Assembly: GCA_963782055.1 (NCBI GenBank)
Contig: CAWAIF010000003.1
Location: 5,440,001 to 5,504,000, forward strand
DNA: 64,000 nt
From: an uncultured delta proteobacterium
Lineage (GTDB): Bacteria > Myxococcota_A > Polyangia > Polyangiales > Polyangiaceae
Direction: 5' to 3'
In this document: one piece after another, positions 18,030 to 29,627 of the stretch
How positions within the stretch are numbered: position 1 is the first letter of the stretch
How the letters are laid out: each line of letters starts with the position of its first letter
Made by a program: the position numbers and the translations under genes
Notes under the pieces: model-generated
Told to the model about the DNA's origin: nothing
The model's database searches: none
The model's input: the letters and a program-made list of their open reading frames with translations, nothing else

Positions 18030-20510
18030 CTACTCGATGCACTGCAGGCTGATCTGGGTGCCGTTCGCCGGCTGGCCTCCCGCCGAGAACTTGATGGCCT
18101 GAAGGCACTCGCCGGCGGGGGAGCCCTCGACGTAGCACCAGCCTGCGGCCTGGGAGGACTCGCAGGTGTCCTTGAAGTCCACGTCGGGGACGAGCTGCGC
18201 CAGCTCGCACGCCGGCCCCAGGTCCGCCTCGGTGGCGCCGGGCTGCACCTCGCGCAGGTCGGCGAGGCGTTGCTCGTCGAAGCGCTTCAGGATCTCCGGG
18301 TCCACCGGGCCGAGGCCCTTCGCCGGGTCGCAGGCCGTGTTCGGGGGGGTGTCCTTCGGGAAGACGACGAGCACCAGGCACGGGACGGTGCCGTCCTGAG
18401 GCGAGCGGGAGAGTGGGTGAGGCAGGCACTGCCCGCCGAGGACCTGCTTGAGGCGGTCGACGATCGCGCGGATCGCCGGGCGGTATCCGAAGTCCGGCCG
18501 GGTGGCGTCGGTGACGTTCCGGGCGCAGATGGAGGCGACCACGCCCTGCGCGCCGAGGCCCTTGGCCACGCGCAGCTCGCGGATGGTGGGGTAGGCCTTG
18601 CCCTTCACCTGCGTGCTGCTCTGCGGGCTGCCGCAGAGCGGCGGGCCGTCCTTGGCCGTGGCGGCGTTCAGGATGCAGTCGCATGCGTTCTTGTTCTCGT
18701 CGGTGGTGCAGTCCTTCGGCGTGGGCAGGTCGAAGGTGCAGGCGTACTGGAGGTCGAGGCCCACCGCGGAGGTGTGGGTGTTCCACTCGCGGCCTTCGAT
18801 CGGATCCGTCGGCGCGTCGCTGGGCCCGGGGAGGCCCGGACGCGGGGCGATGGATTCGATCATGTGCGGGTCGATGCCGGTCAGGTCGAAGTCCTGCGGG
18901 TCCTTGCCGACGATCTTCTGCCAGTCCGCGGCGGTGAGCTGCGACTTCAGGTTGCCCTGCGCGTCCTCGATGAGCTGGTTGGGCACGCCGCCGATGATGG
19001 CGAAGAAGACGAGGTCGGGGGACCGGGGGCCACGCGGCAGGTTGCACAGGTCGGCGCCCGGGTCGGTGGGCAGGGGACCCTTGGCGAAGAGCGGGTTGGT
19101 GCAGTTGCGGTCGGGCTGGTAGGGCGCCGACGCGCCGCCGTGCGGCTCGTGATCGCGGTCGGGGACCTTCGGCGACTGCAGGCCGTCGATGTAGCGCTGG
19201 AGGTGAAACTGCGGGCTGTAGCCGTAGCGCGCCTTCATGTCGTCGGTGTAGCGGACGTTCAGGTTGTCCTGGTCTGGCGTGTAGAAGCCGGTGCAGGCCG
19301 CGCCGCACGAGGTCTGGCAGCTCGGGTCGCTCGCGATGGGCGTGCCGTCGGCCTTCTCGCCGACGAAGCCGCAGGAGGTGCAGTTGGGATCGTTGGGGCC
19401 GGTGGTGCTCTCCTGACCGACGACGGGCGAGGACGGGACGAAGACGCCGTTCTGCACGGTGCCGCACTCGTGGGTGGGGAGCGGCGCCTGCGCGCCGGTG
19501 GGCGAGCCCGGGTACGCCTGCGTCCGGGCGACCCAGCCGCGGCCGCCGACGGAGAGCGGATCGCTCCACGAGTCCTCCTCGTCGGTGACCATGATGACGG
19601 CGACGAGGGAGTCGTCGCGCAGGAAGTCGTGGCGCTGCTTCAGCAGGGTGGTGTCGATGCCGACGAGCTGCGCCTTGGGCGGGTTGCCGCTGCTGGGGTC
19701 GAGGGTGATCTGGTCCCAGGGATCGGGCTGGACGAGGAAGCGGTACCAGGACTCCAGCTGCGCTTCCAGGCCGCAGCCGTACTCCTGCACGCCCTCGACG
19801 AGGCTCTGGAAGTCGGCGACGAGCGACGCCTGCTGGCTCGCGTCGGTGTAGGCGGTGACGTCGGGCGCGGGCCTGCCGGCGTTCTTCGGGTTGCTCGACG
19901 GGAGCCACGCGAGGAAGTCGCCGCCGGTGCCGTCGAGGGGCTCGGCGGCGTCGACCGGATCCTCCACGCCGCCGGGCGGGGGGCTGGCGAGGTCCGGCTT
20001 CTTGCGGTTGATCAGGTGGCCCTTGTCGTTGTTGTGGCGGTCGAGCTTGGAGAGCTGCGGGACCGGGTTCTGGCTGCCCGTTCCCGTCTCCGGACAGATG
20101 TCCGGCGCGCCGCCGGCGCCGAGCGACGAGGTGACGACGCCGATGTGCATGTCGTAGACGGCGGGGAACTCCTCCTTCGAGCCGTCGGGACAGACGCCGT
20201 TGACGCGCGCGACCACCGAGCCGGGGTCCTGCGCGTCGGTGAGGCAGTTGGGGGTCAGCAGGCGGTCGATGAGATCCGGCACCGCCTTCGCCAGCAGGTC
20301 CTGCTTGTCCCCCATCGACGCGGAGTTGTCGATCATGAAGAGGAGGTCCACCTTGTCGACCTGCTGCTGCTTCAGCGTCTCCTCGACAATCTCGCTCCTG
20401 GTGGGCTTCACCCCGGCGACGGGCCGGGTCAGGCACCCGGCGCCGAGCACGCCGGCGAGCGAGGCCGTGATGACGAGAGACCGTGTTGCGCTTCGCTTGC
20501 TTGCGGACAT
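18030..20510 (-). CDS. Large Cys-rich lipoprotein with vWA/MIDAS-like domain (tandem paralog A)
   Basis: Start ATG 20510 after RBS GGAGGAGG, lipobox LGAGC. VDLLFMIDNSASM; colinear with and highly similar to 15318-17831. Confidence 0.8.
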   Translation of the reverse strand: MSASKRSATRSLVITASLAGVLGAGCLTRPVAGVKPTRSEIVEETLKQQQVDKVDLLFMIDNSASMGDKQDLLAKAVPDLIDRLLTPNCLTDAQDPGSVVARVNGVCPDGSKEEFPAVYDMHIGVVTSSLGAGGAPDICPETGTGSQNPVPQLSKLDRHNNDKGHLINRKKPDLASPPPGGVEDPVDAAEPLDGTGGDFLAWLPSSNPKNAGRPAPDVTAYTDASQQASLVADFQSLVEGVQEYGCGLEAQLESWYRFLVQPDPWDQITLDPSSGNPPKAQLVGIDTTLLKQRHDFLRDDSLVAVIMVTDEEDSWSDPLSVGGRGWVARTQAYPGSPTGAQAPLPTHECGTVQNGVFVPSSPVVGQESTTGPNDPNCTSCGFVGEKADGTPIASDPSCQTSCGAACTGFYTPDQDNLNVRYTDDMKARYGYSPQFHLQRYIDGLQSPKVPDRDHEPHGGASAPYQPDRNCTNPLFAKGPLPTDPGADLCNLPRGPRSPDLVFFAIIGGVPNQLIEDAQGNLKSQLTAADWQKIVGKDPQDFDLTGIDPHMIESIAPRPGLPGPSDAPTDPIEGREWNTHTSAVGLDLQYACTFDLPTPKDCTTDENKNACDCILNAATAKDGPPLCGSPQSSTQVKGKAYPTIRELRVAKGLGAQGVVASICARNVTDATRPDFGYRPAIRAIVDRLKQVLGGQCLPHPLSRSPQDGTVPCLVLVVFPKDTPPNTACDPAKGLGPVDPEILKRFDEQRLADLREVQPGATEADLGPACELAQLVPDVDFKDTCESSQAAGWCYVEGSPAGECLQAIKFSAGGQPANGTQISLQCIE

Positions 20511-20758
20511 GACAGACCTCCTCCGTCGCGGCACGCGTACCGCGCAGTCTCGATGATTCGGCCCGGCCGCCGCCGCGGTGGGCCGTTGCGTTTCTCCGTG
20601 CCAACGCACGGAACGGGCCAGGCGACGAATGCCTGTTTGCGACCCCAAACAGCGAATCACCGCGCGGCCGGGCGCCAACGCGATTGACGTCGCGCAACCG
20701 TGGTGGGCGGCGCGGCGTCAGTCTCGAATGACCGCGGCGCCGCCGTTCCGTCGGGCGC

Positions 20759-22927
<2,169 letters not shown>

Positions 22928-22995
22928 GGCCGGGAGAAAGATACTCACGCGCGCGGAGGATCCCAAGCCAGCCAGCTCGAGCACGTCCAACGCGC

Positions 22996-23538
22996 ATGGG
23001 AAGACGTGTCTTCGCCCTGCCGGCCGTGGTGTGCGCGGTGCTCTGCCTGGCGAGCGCTTCGCCCGCGAGGCCTCCGCCCCGCGTCACCCGCGTGGTCGTG
23101 AAGAAGTGGCCGCACACGCTCACCCTCTACGCGGACGGCGCCGTGGTGAAGACCTACAGGGTGGCGATCGGCCCCGGCGGCCCCGGGTTCAAGCGTCAGG
23201 AGGGCGACCAGGTGACGCCCGTCGGCCACTACCACGTGGTGTCGCGGCAGCCCTCGCAGTTTCACGTCTTCATGCGGCTGGATTACCCCAGCAAGGAGGA
23301 CTGGGCGCGCTTCGCCAGGCTGAAGGCGAGCGGCGCGCTCTCGAAGAAGGCGACGATCGGCGGGGACATCGGGATCCACGGGGCGCCGCCGCAGCCGGAG
23401 TGGAAGGCCATCCACAAGACGGTGGACTGGACGCTCGGCTGCATCGCGGTGGACGACGACGAGATTGAGGAGATTGCGCGGCTGGTGAAGGACGGCACGC
23501 CGGTGGACATCGAGGACGGGCCGCCCCCCTCTCCCTGA
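22996..23538 (+). CDS. L,D-transpeptidase (YkuD family)
   Basis: Signal peptide; KRQEGDQVTPVG, LDYP, GGDIGIHG, WTLGCIAV (His/Cys catalytic motif). Confidence 0.9.
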   Translation: MGRRVFALPAVVCAVLCLASASPARPPPRVTRVVVKKWPHTLTLYADGAVVKTYRVAIGPGGPGFKRQEGDQVTPVGHYHVVSRQPSQFHVFMRLDYPSKEDWARFARLKASGALSKKATIGGDIGIHGAPPQPEWKAIHKTVDWTLGCIAVDDDEIEEIARLVKDGTPVDIEDGPPPSP

Positions 23539-23539
23539 G

Positions 23540-23577
23540 CCTCACCCCCCGGCCCCTCTCCCTGAGAGGGAGAGGGG
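23540..23577. repeat. REP-like palindromic element between convergent genes (possible bidirectional terminator)
   Basis: CCTCACCCCCCGG followed by the perfect hairpin CCCCTCTCCC-TGAGA-GGGAGAGGGG (23553-23577). It has the shape of the widespread CCCTCACCC...CCTCTCCC..GGGAGAGGG repeat. Confidence 0.6.
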
Positions 23578-23588
23578 GCGAAGGGAGG

Positions 23589-24302
23589 TCAGGGGGTGAC
23601 GGGCTCGGTGCGGAACTTCAGGGTCTTGTCGCTGGTGCCGATCTGCCGGACGAACAGGCCGACGAAGGACCCGAAGAGCGCGTCGCTCGGGCCGATGCCG
23701 GTGGAGCCCGTCGGGCGCGAGACCCAGCGGCGCATCTGCTCGAGCATCTGCGGGGAGATGGGGTTGACCTCCACGATGACACCGAGGAAGTGCGGCACCG
23801 GCTTGAGCAGCGCCTTGTCGACGATGGGCAGGTCGCGCGCCTCGAAGCACTGGCGGAGCACGCCGTCGGTGCTCACCGCGGCGATGTCGCGCTCCGACCC
23901 GGTGCCGCCCGCGACGGGGCTGGTGATCTTGATGCGATAGACCTCGTCCCAGAGGTCGTAGACGACGCGGCAGCTCCGCACGGCGAGGGCGACGGGCTCG
24001 GTCTGGCCCTGCGGGATGACGTACGCGCGCATCGCCACCACGGTGGGCAGGCCGCTGGAGAGCTTGGCGAGGATGTGCGCGTCGGCGGCGTCGCGGAAGG
24101 AGAAGCTCGCGTGGAGCACGGTCTTGACCGGCGCGCCGCCGGGGGCGGCGACCTTCACCCACGCGAAGTTGGCCTGGCGCTCCGGGAGGGTGCTCGGCTT
24201 GGCGGGCGCGCCGGCCGGCTCGTCGGCGCGGGCGATCGACGGCGGCGCGATCGCCGCGACGAAGAGCCACGCGGCCAGGAGCAGGCGGGACGCCCGCCTC
24301 AC
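23589..24302 (-). CDS. DUF4390-like exported protein
   Basis: GTG start at 24302 overlaps the upstream stop (GTGA). Signal peptide; LSSGLPT, CRVVYDLWDEVYRI, VEVNP, LFGSFVGLFV. Confidence 0.65.
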   Translation of the reverse strand: MRRASRLLLAAWLFVAAIAPPSIARADEPAGAPAKPSTLPERQANFAWVKVAAPGGAPVKTVLHASFSFRDAADAHILAKLSSGLPTVVAMRAYVIPQGQTEPVALAVRSCRVVYDLWDEVYRIKITSPVAGGTGSERDIAAVSTDGVLRQCFEARDLPIVDKALLKPVPHFLGVIVEVNPISPQMLEQMRRWVSRPTGSTGIGPSDALFGSFVGLFVRQIGTSDKTLKFRTEPVTP

Positions 24303-25912
24303 GGCGCCGCCTCCGCGCGCACCGGGATGAAGCCGAGCAAGGTGGAGAGCCCGAGCGTCAGCGCGCCGGCCGACGTGTCGACGCGAAGCCCGAGGTTGAA
24401 GGTGAAGTCGACGGGGAACCGCGCGGCGCCGTCGTAGCCGCTGGGCGGCTGCTGCAGCAGGTGGTCGTCGGCGAGGGCGTAGAAGCCCGCCGAGGCGAAG
24501 GCGTCCACGCCGTAGACCGACTTGGTGCCGCGGTACAGGGGCAGGCGGTACTCGGCGAAGAGCTTGGCGACGTAGGTGCCGTAGCGCATCTCCGAGACGT
24601 CGGTGCCGAAGAAGCTCGGCGCCGCGCGCCGGTCGAAGGCGAGATTGAGGACGCGGTCGGGCAGCAGGTCGGTGAAATCGCCCACGTAGTAGCGCTCGAA
24701 GAGCGGGGCGTCGCCGACGATGGCGCCGCCGCGGGCCTCGAGTCGCAGGGTGTGATGCCACGGCAGCGTGATCCAGTGCGCGAGGCGCGCCTCGATCTTG
24801 CCGTACGGGTAGCTCGACCCGAAGGGGACGAGGGAGAGCTCGCCCAGCAAAGAGACGTAGGTGCCGCGCCCGGTGAGGACGGGCTCGTCGCGCGTGTCGT
24901 GCACCAGCGTGCCGCGGAGCGTGGAGAGGACCGAGCCGCCGGGCACGATGAAGAAGTCGATGGGCTCGACGTCCTGCCCGCGCACGTGCGACGCGGCGAG
25001 CGGCACCGTCGCGTCGACCTTCTCCAGGCGGTAGTCGGCGAGCAGGTGCGTGCCCGGGCCGAGCTCCCGCGCGACGCCCACCTGGCCGCCGAAGCGCTCG
25101 TAGCTGACGAGGGCGAAATCGGTCGCGCCGCTCTGCGTGGGGTCGTCGACGAGCACGTCGCGGTTGCCGAAGAAATCGCGCGCGTGGTTGAACAGGAGCT
25201 GCGCGCTCACCGACCACCGCGACCCGAGGAGCTGCGGGGCGGCGAAGCGGGCGCGCAGGGCGAGCTGGTCCTCCGCCACCGCGAGCCCGCCGCCGAGCGT
25301 GAGGCCGGTGCCGGCGAGGTTGGTCTCCGAGACGTCCAGCCCGCCGTAGGCGGTCAGCGGCCGCGCGGCGCCGCTGGGCTCGGCGTCGGAGGCGAGGCCG
25401 AGCCAGATGTCGTTGACCAGGATGGTGTTGCGCTCGGTGACGGTGACGACGAGCACCGCCGTTCCGCGCTTGCTGCCGCGGCGCAGGGAGAGCTGCACGT
25501 CCTTGAAGAAGCCCGTGCCCAGGAGGCGGAAGCGGGTGAGGTCGATCTCCTTGTCGTCGACGTCCAGCGTGTCGCCCGCCTTGAAGTGGACGTAGCGCAG
25601 CACCACCGGCGTGAGGGTGCGGGTGTTGCCGCGCACCTCGACGCCCTCGAGCACGTAACGCACGCCCACGCGCGCCGGGGCGATCGGCGCCGGGGCGACC
25701 TCCGCCGGCGTCGCGGTCCCCTGCCCTCCGCCGGCGTCGACCGGCGGCGGCGGAGGCGGCGGCGCGGTCTGGGTCGGGGCGGGCGGCGTGCCCTCCGGCG
25801 GCGTGAGCTCGCCGCCCCACGTGCGCAGCGGGCCGGCCGCGTACGCCGCGCGCGCGACGAGCAGCGCCCCGGCGGCTGCGGCCACGAGACGCGCGCGACG
25901 AAGCAAGCTCAC
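24299..25912 (-). CDS. Omp85 (BamA/TamA family) outer-membrane protein with one POTRA domain
   Basis: Signal peptide, Pro linker, POTRA (VEVRGNTRT...LLGTGFFKDV...VTVTER), then barrel motifs ETNLAGTG, DTRD.P..TGRG, PLFERYYVG. Confidence 0.85.
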   Translation of the reverse strand: MSLLRRARLVAAAAGALLVARAAYAAGPLRTWGGELTPPEGTPPAPTQTAPPPPPPPVDAGGGQGTATPAEVAPAPIAPARVGVRYVLEGVEVRGNTRTLTPVVLRYVHFKAGDTLDVDDKEIDLTRFRLLGTGFFKDVQLSLRRGSKRGTAVLVVTVTERNTILVNDIWLGLASDAEPSGAARPLTAYGGLDVSETNLAGTGLTLGGGLAVAEDQLALRARFAAPQLLGSRWSVSAQLLFNHARDFFGNRDVLVDDPTQSGATDFALVSYERFGGQVGVARELGPGTHLLADYRLEKVDATVPLAASHVRGQDVEPIDFFIVPGGSVLSTLRGTLVHDTRDEPVLTGRGTYVSLLGELSLVPFGSSYPYGKIEARLAHWITLPWHHTLRLEARGGAIVGDAPLFERYYVGDFTDLLPDRVLNLAFDRRAAPSFFGTDVSEMRYGTYVAKLFAEYRLPLYRGTKSVYGVDAFASAGFYALADDHLLQQPPSGYDGAARFPVDFTFNLGLRVDTSAGALTLGLSTLLGFIPVRAEAAP

Positions 25913-25973
25913 GCCGTGACCTTACCAAAATCGTCGCGTCCGACCCGCCGTCGTGCGCGGCGCGCGCTGGTGA

Positions 25974-26636
25974 TCAGCCGGCGGAGGGCGCCACGGCGTC
26001 CGGCTGCGCCTCCGGCGCGGCCGCGGCCACGAAGGGCAACGCGAGAGAGGCCTCCGCCGCCGCGGAGACGCGCGGGAAGCGAGAGAGGTCCACGCCGAAG
26101 CGTCGCGCGCTGTAGACCTGCGGCACCAGGAAGGCGTCGGCCGCGGAGAAGGCGTCGCCGTAGGCGAAGCGGCCGTGCACGCCCAGCATGTCGTGGCGGA
26201 CCATCGCGCGCTCCAGGCCTTCCAGCCCGCGCTCGTTGAAGTGGCGCCCCCACGCGATGCGCTCGGCGGCGGCCTCCGGCGCGTGGTGCAGCAGCACGTG
26301 GAGGTTCTGCAGCGGCTGGATGCCGGCGTTCACCATCTCCACCATCGCCCGCACGCGCGCCCGGTCGAAGGGATCACGCGGGTAGAGCGGCGGGTCGGGG
26401 TGCAGCTCCTCGAGCAGCTCGAAGAGCGCCACCGACTCGACGAAGGGTTTGCCGTCCACCTCCAGGCACGGCACGTAGCCCATCGGCGAGCGCGCGACGT
26501 GCTGCTCCGACGACTGCTCCTTCGCGAGCAGGTTCACCGGAACGCTCCGGTGAGGGAGGCCCTTGTACCCGAGGGCGATGCGCACGCGGTAGGAGGAGGA
26601 GCTGCGCCAGTAGGTGTAAAGGACGAGGTCGCTCAT
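25974..26636 (-). CDS. maiA: Maleylacetoacetate isomerase (GST zeta class)
   Basis: LYTYWRSSSSYRVRIAL, GIQPLQNL, ADAFLVPQVYSARRF, PEAQPDA. Confidence 0.93.
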   Translation of the reverse strand: MSDLVLYTYWRSSSSYRVRIALGYKGLPHRSVPVNLLAKEQSSEQHVARSPMGYVPCLEVDGKPFVESVALFELLEELHPDPPLYPRDPFDRARVRAMVEMVNAGIQPLQNLHVLLHHAPEAAAERIAWGRHFNERGLEGLERAMVRHDMLGVHGRFAYGDAFSAADAFLVPQVYSARRFGVDLSRFPRVSAAAEASLALPFVAAAAPEAQPDAVAPSAG

Positions 26637-26848
26637 GCCGCCGTGCATCATAGGAGTGACGCGAAGGTGACGCCGCGCAAAGACGGCGGCCGGGGCGATG
26701 CGTGTGGAGTGCATGGATCCACCCCGCGTAAACCATTGAAATCACGCGCATCAGTCGCTGTCGGGCCTGTGGACAACTTGTGATTGATTGAGCCGTCAAG
26801 CAATGGCTCGGCCCTGGGGCCGCGTGCCACGCGCCGTGAGGCGCGGGG

Positions 26849-27886
26849 TCACCGCAGGCGCGTGACCGCCCCGGAGGACTCGACACGCAGGGCATGGGCA
26901 CGGCTGCCCGTCGCCCCCCGCGGGAGTGCGACGCGCATCGTGCCGGGGCGGTCGAGCATCACGTCGACGCGCTCGGCCACGTCGGGGACGTGCGGCACCG
27001 CGACGTTCACCGGCGCGCGCCAGAGCGACGCGCCCGAGGCGTCGTACCGGAAGCCCTCCACCCGATCGCCCGCGCCAGCGCCGGTCGCGTGCATGAAGAG
27101 CGTGGCGCTCTCCGGGGTGTCCATCACGACGGTGACCGGACCGGGCGCGCGCCACCGGGCGCCGACGGCGAGCCCCTCCCGCGGGAAGGCGAGCATGCCG
27201 TCGTCCCGCAGGAGCTGGGCGCGTGGGCCGGTGGGCGTCGACGCGACGACGAGCACGCCGTGGCCCGGCCAGAAGGCGGCGGAGAGCGCGCCGCACGCGT
27301 CGGTGGCGAGCACCTGGAAGTCGGCGAAGGGCGCGCCGTCACCGTCCCACACGCGCCCGGCGACCAGATGCGTCGGCGGGTCGTAGACGAAGACGGAGGC
27401 GCCGCCGAGCGCGTGCGCGGCGAGCGCGAGGTGATGGACGGGCGGCTGGATGCCGGCCACCGGACGCTCCTTCGACCAGACGAGACGCGCGCCGTCGACG
27501 ACGAGGAGCACCGGATCGCGCTCGTCCTCGCGCGCCAGGAGGATGGCGCGGCGCGCGCCCGGGAAGCCCACGCGCTGCTCGAGGAAGGGGCCGCGCGCGG
27601 ACCGGCCGAAGTGATTGTGCAGCAGCCCCATGTGCGGGGCGAGCGCCGGGTCGTCCTCGAGGCGGGCGAGCGTGGTGCGGCGCGCCTCGCCCGCGGGGGC
27701 CGGCGGCGGCAGGTCCGCGTGTGTCGCGGAGACGAGGCCGGCGTCGGCGACGACGCCCGCCGCGTCCGCGGGCGGCGCGGGAGCGCTTGGCGCGGGAGCG
27801 TCCGGCGCGGCATCGGCACCCGAGCCCTGCGGGTGGTGGCACGCGCCCGCCGTGACGACGAAGAGCGCCGCGCGCAGCCCCCTCAC
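26849..27886 (-). CDS. Hypothetical lipoprotein
   Basis: GTG start at 27886 overlaps the cyclophilin stop. Lipobox-like TAGAC, Pro/Ala linker, beta-rich body. Confidence 0.55.
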   Translation of the reverse strand: MRGLRAALFVVTAGACHHPQGSGADAAPDAPAPSAPAPPADAAGVVADAGLVSATHADLPPPAPAGEARRTTLARLEDDPALAPHMGLLHNHFGRSARGPFLEQRVGFPGARRAILLAREDERDPVLLVVDGARLVWSKERPVAGIQPPVHHLALAAHALGGASVFVYDPPTHLVAGRVWDGDGAPFADFQVLATDACGALSAAFWPGHGVLVVASTPTGPRAQLLRDDGMLAFPREGLAVGARWRAPGPVTVVMDTPESATLFMHATGAGAGDRVEGFRYDASGASLWRAPVNVAVPHVPDVAERVDVMLDRPGTMRVALPRGATGSRAHALRVESSGAVTRLR

Positions 27887-28395
27887 GCGCCCTGGATGGT
27901 CACCCGGTTCATGCGGACGGGCGTCTTCGGCCTGTCGGAGGAGTCGGTCGGGGTCTTCTCGATGGCGTGGACCACGTCCATGCCCCTGACGACCTTGCCG
28001 AACACCGGGTGCTTGGACGCGCCGGGGGAGAACCAGTCGAGGTACCCGTTGTGGACGGTGTTGACGAAGAACTGGCACGAGCCGGTGTTGGGCGCGCCGG
28101 TGTTGGCCATCGAGAGCGTGCCCGGCTCGTTGGACAGGCGCGCGGTGTGCTCGTCCTGGATGGGGCCGTCGGGGCCGTCGCCGGTGCCGGCGATGGGGCT
28201 GTTGGGATCGCGGCTGTGCGGGCAGCCGAACTGCAGCATGAAGCCGTCGATGACGCGGTGGAAGTGCAGTCCGTCGTAGAAGCCGCCCTTGGCGAGCTTG
28301 ACGAAGTTGTTCGCGGTGATGGGCATCTGGTCGACGAAGAGCTCGACCTCGATGTTGCCGAGCGAGGTCTCGAGCAGCGCGGTGGGGTTGGCCAT
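27883..28395 (-). CDS. Cyclophilin-type peptidyl-prolyl cis-trans isomerase
   Basis: [48 protein letters not shown]. Confidence 0.95.
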   Translation of the reverse strand: MANPTALLETSLGNIEVELFVDQMPITANNFVKLAKGGFYDGLHFHRVIDGFMLQFGCPHSRDPNSPIAGTGDGPDGPIQDEHTARLSNEPGTLSMANTGAPNTGSCQFFVNTVHNGYLDWFSPGASKHPVFGKVVRGMDVVHAIEKTPTDSSDRPKTPVRMNRVTIQGA

Positions 28396-28462
28396 GGGCC
28401 GGAAGCTAGAACAACGCCCGGCGTTCGGCTACGCCGAAGCGCGCACGTGGCCTCCGGGGCGG

Positions 28463-28852
28463 CTACTTGCAGGTCGGATCGGTGCAGTCGTTGGAGCAGG
28501 TGCCGGTGCCGACCTGCGAGCAGGTGCAGCTCTTGGTGCAGGCGTTGATGACGCAGTTGCCCGTGTTGTTGCAGGCCAGGGTGCAGCCGTCGCCGCCGCA
28601 GGAGAGGGTGACGTTGCCGGTGTTGGTGGCGGTGACGTCGCAGCCACCCTGGTCGCAGGTGAAGTTGCAGTTGCTGGTGCCCTTGCAGACGAAGTGGCAC
28701 CCGGCGCCGTCGCAGCTCTTGGCGCAGTTGCCGATTCCGTCGCAGGTGCAGGTGTCGCCCGCCGCGCAGGTCCCGCTGGAGTTACCGATGGTGGCGACGC
28801 TGCACCCGGTGACGAGCGCCGCGGCGAGCGCAAAGGACAGGATGTGACGCAT
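28463..28852 (-). CDS. Small Cys-rich repeat lipoprotein
   Basis: ATG 28852, MRHILSFALAAALVTGC lipobox, then about five 18-20 aa Cys/Thr/Asn/Gly repeats. Confidence 0.8.
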   Translation of the reverse strand: MRHILSFALAAALVTGCSVATIGNSSGTCAAGDTCTCDGIGNCAKSCDGAGCHFVCKGTSNCNFTCDQGGCDVTATNTGNVTLSCGGDGCTLACNNTGNCVINACTKSCTCSQVGTGTCSNDCTDPTCK

Positions 28853-28997
28853 GGAAAGCCTCCCTGCGCCGCCGGCCCGAGGCGCGTCGCTCAGGATATC
28901 GGGTCCCCGGACCCCAGCCAAGCTGGACCGTTGTGCCGTCAACGATTGCGACCGTCCAGGCTGTACAATCGCGCCGGCCCGACGGCACACTAGGCTG

Positions 28998-29591
28998 GTG
29001 CCGCCGAGGTTTCTGCTCCTCGAAGACGACGTGCTGGTGGCGCGGGCGATGCGACGCCTGATCAGCCCCTCGGGGGAGGTCGTCACCGCAGGGTCGAGGG
29101 CCGACGCCGAGCGCGAGCTGCGGGCGTCCATCGAGTGGACGGCGCTCTTCGTGGACGTTCGCCTGCCCGACGGCTCCGGGCTGGACCTGCTGGCCCTGGC
29201 GCGCGACCTCGGGTGCGGCGCGCCGGCGCTGGTGCTCACCGCGCTGCACGAGGCCGCCGAGATCAACCGCGCCTTCGCGCTCGACGCGCGCTTCCTCGTC
29301 AAGCCGGCGGAGGCGCCGCAGATCCTCGCCTTCGTCAAGGAGGCCATGGCCAAGCTGGCGAGCGTGGAGGAGCGCGCCGAGTCCTGGTCGGGGCGCTACC
29401 AGCTCACGCCCACCGAGCAGCGCATCCTCGTCGCCGCCGCGCAGGGAACGCCGCGCGACGACCTGATGGAGGGCGGGAACATCGCGAACGCCACCCTCAA
29501 GAAGCACGTCCACAACCTGCTGCGCAAGACGGGCGACCCTTCCCTTCTCGCGGCGGCGGTGCGCATGCTCGCCGAGCGCCCATCCGGCTGA
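28998..29591 (+). CDS. Response regulator with LuxR-type HTH
   Basis: LLLEDD, FVDVRLPDGSGLD, LVKP receiver; LTPTEQRIL...TLKKHVHNLLRKTG HTH. Start uncertain (GTG 28998). Confidence 0.85.
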   Translation: MPPRFLLLEDDVLVARAMRRLISPSGEVVTAGSRADAERELRASIEWTALFVDVRLPDGSGLDLLALARDLGCGAPALVLTALHEAAEINRAFALDARFLVKPAEAPQILAFVKEAMAKLASVEERAESWSGRYQLTPTEQRILVAAAQGTPRDDLMEGGNIANATLKKHVHNLLRKTGDPSLLAAAVRMLAERPSG

Positions 29592-29627
29592 CGCTAGGCG
29601 CCACGTCAATTTGGGCGCGCCTCCCCC

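Noticed and set aside
20585..20604. Sigma-54 promoter (TTGGCACG) upstream of the vWA lipoprotein
   Set aside because: The GC lies 11 rather than 10 nt after the GG and the TTGC element is missing.
26700..26800. Replication origin
   Set aside because: Only one good DnaA box and no dnaA, dnaN, gidA or parAB nearby; kept only as a low-interest regulatory observation.
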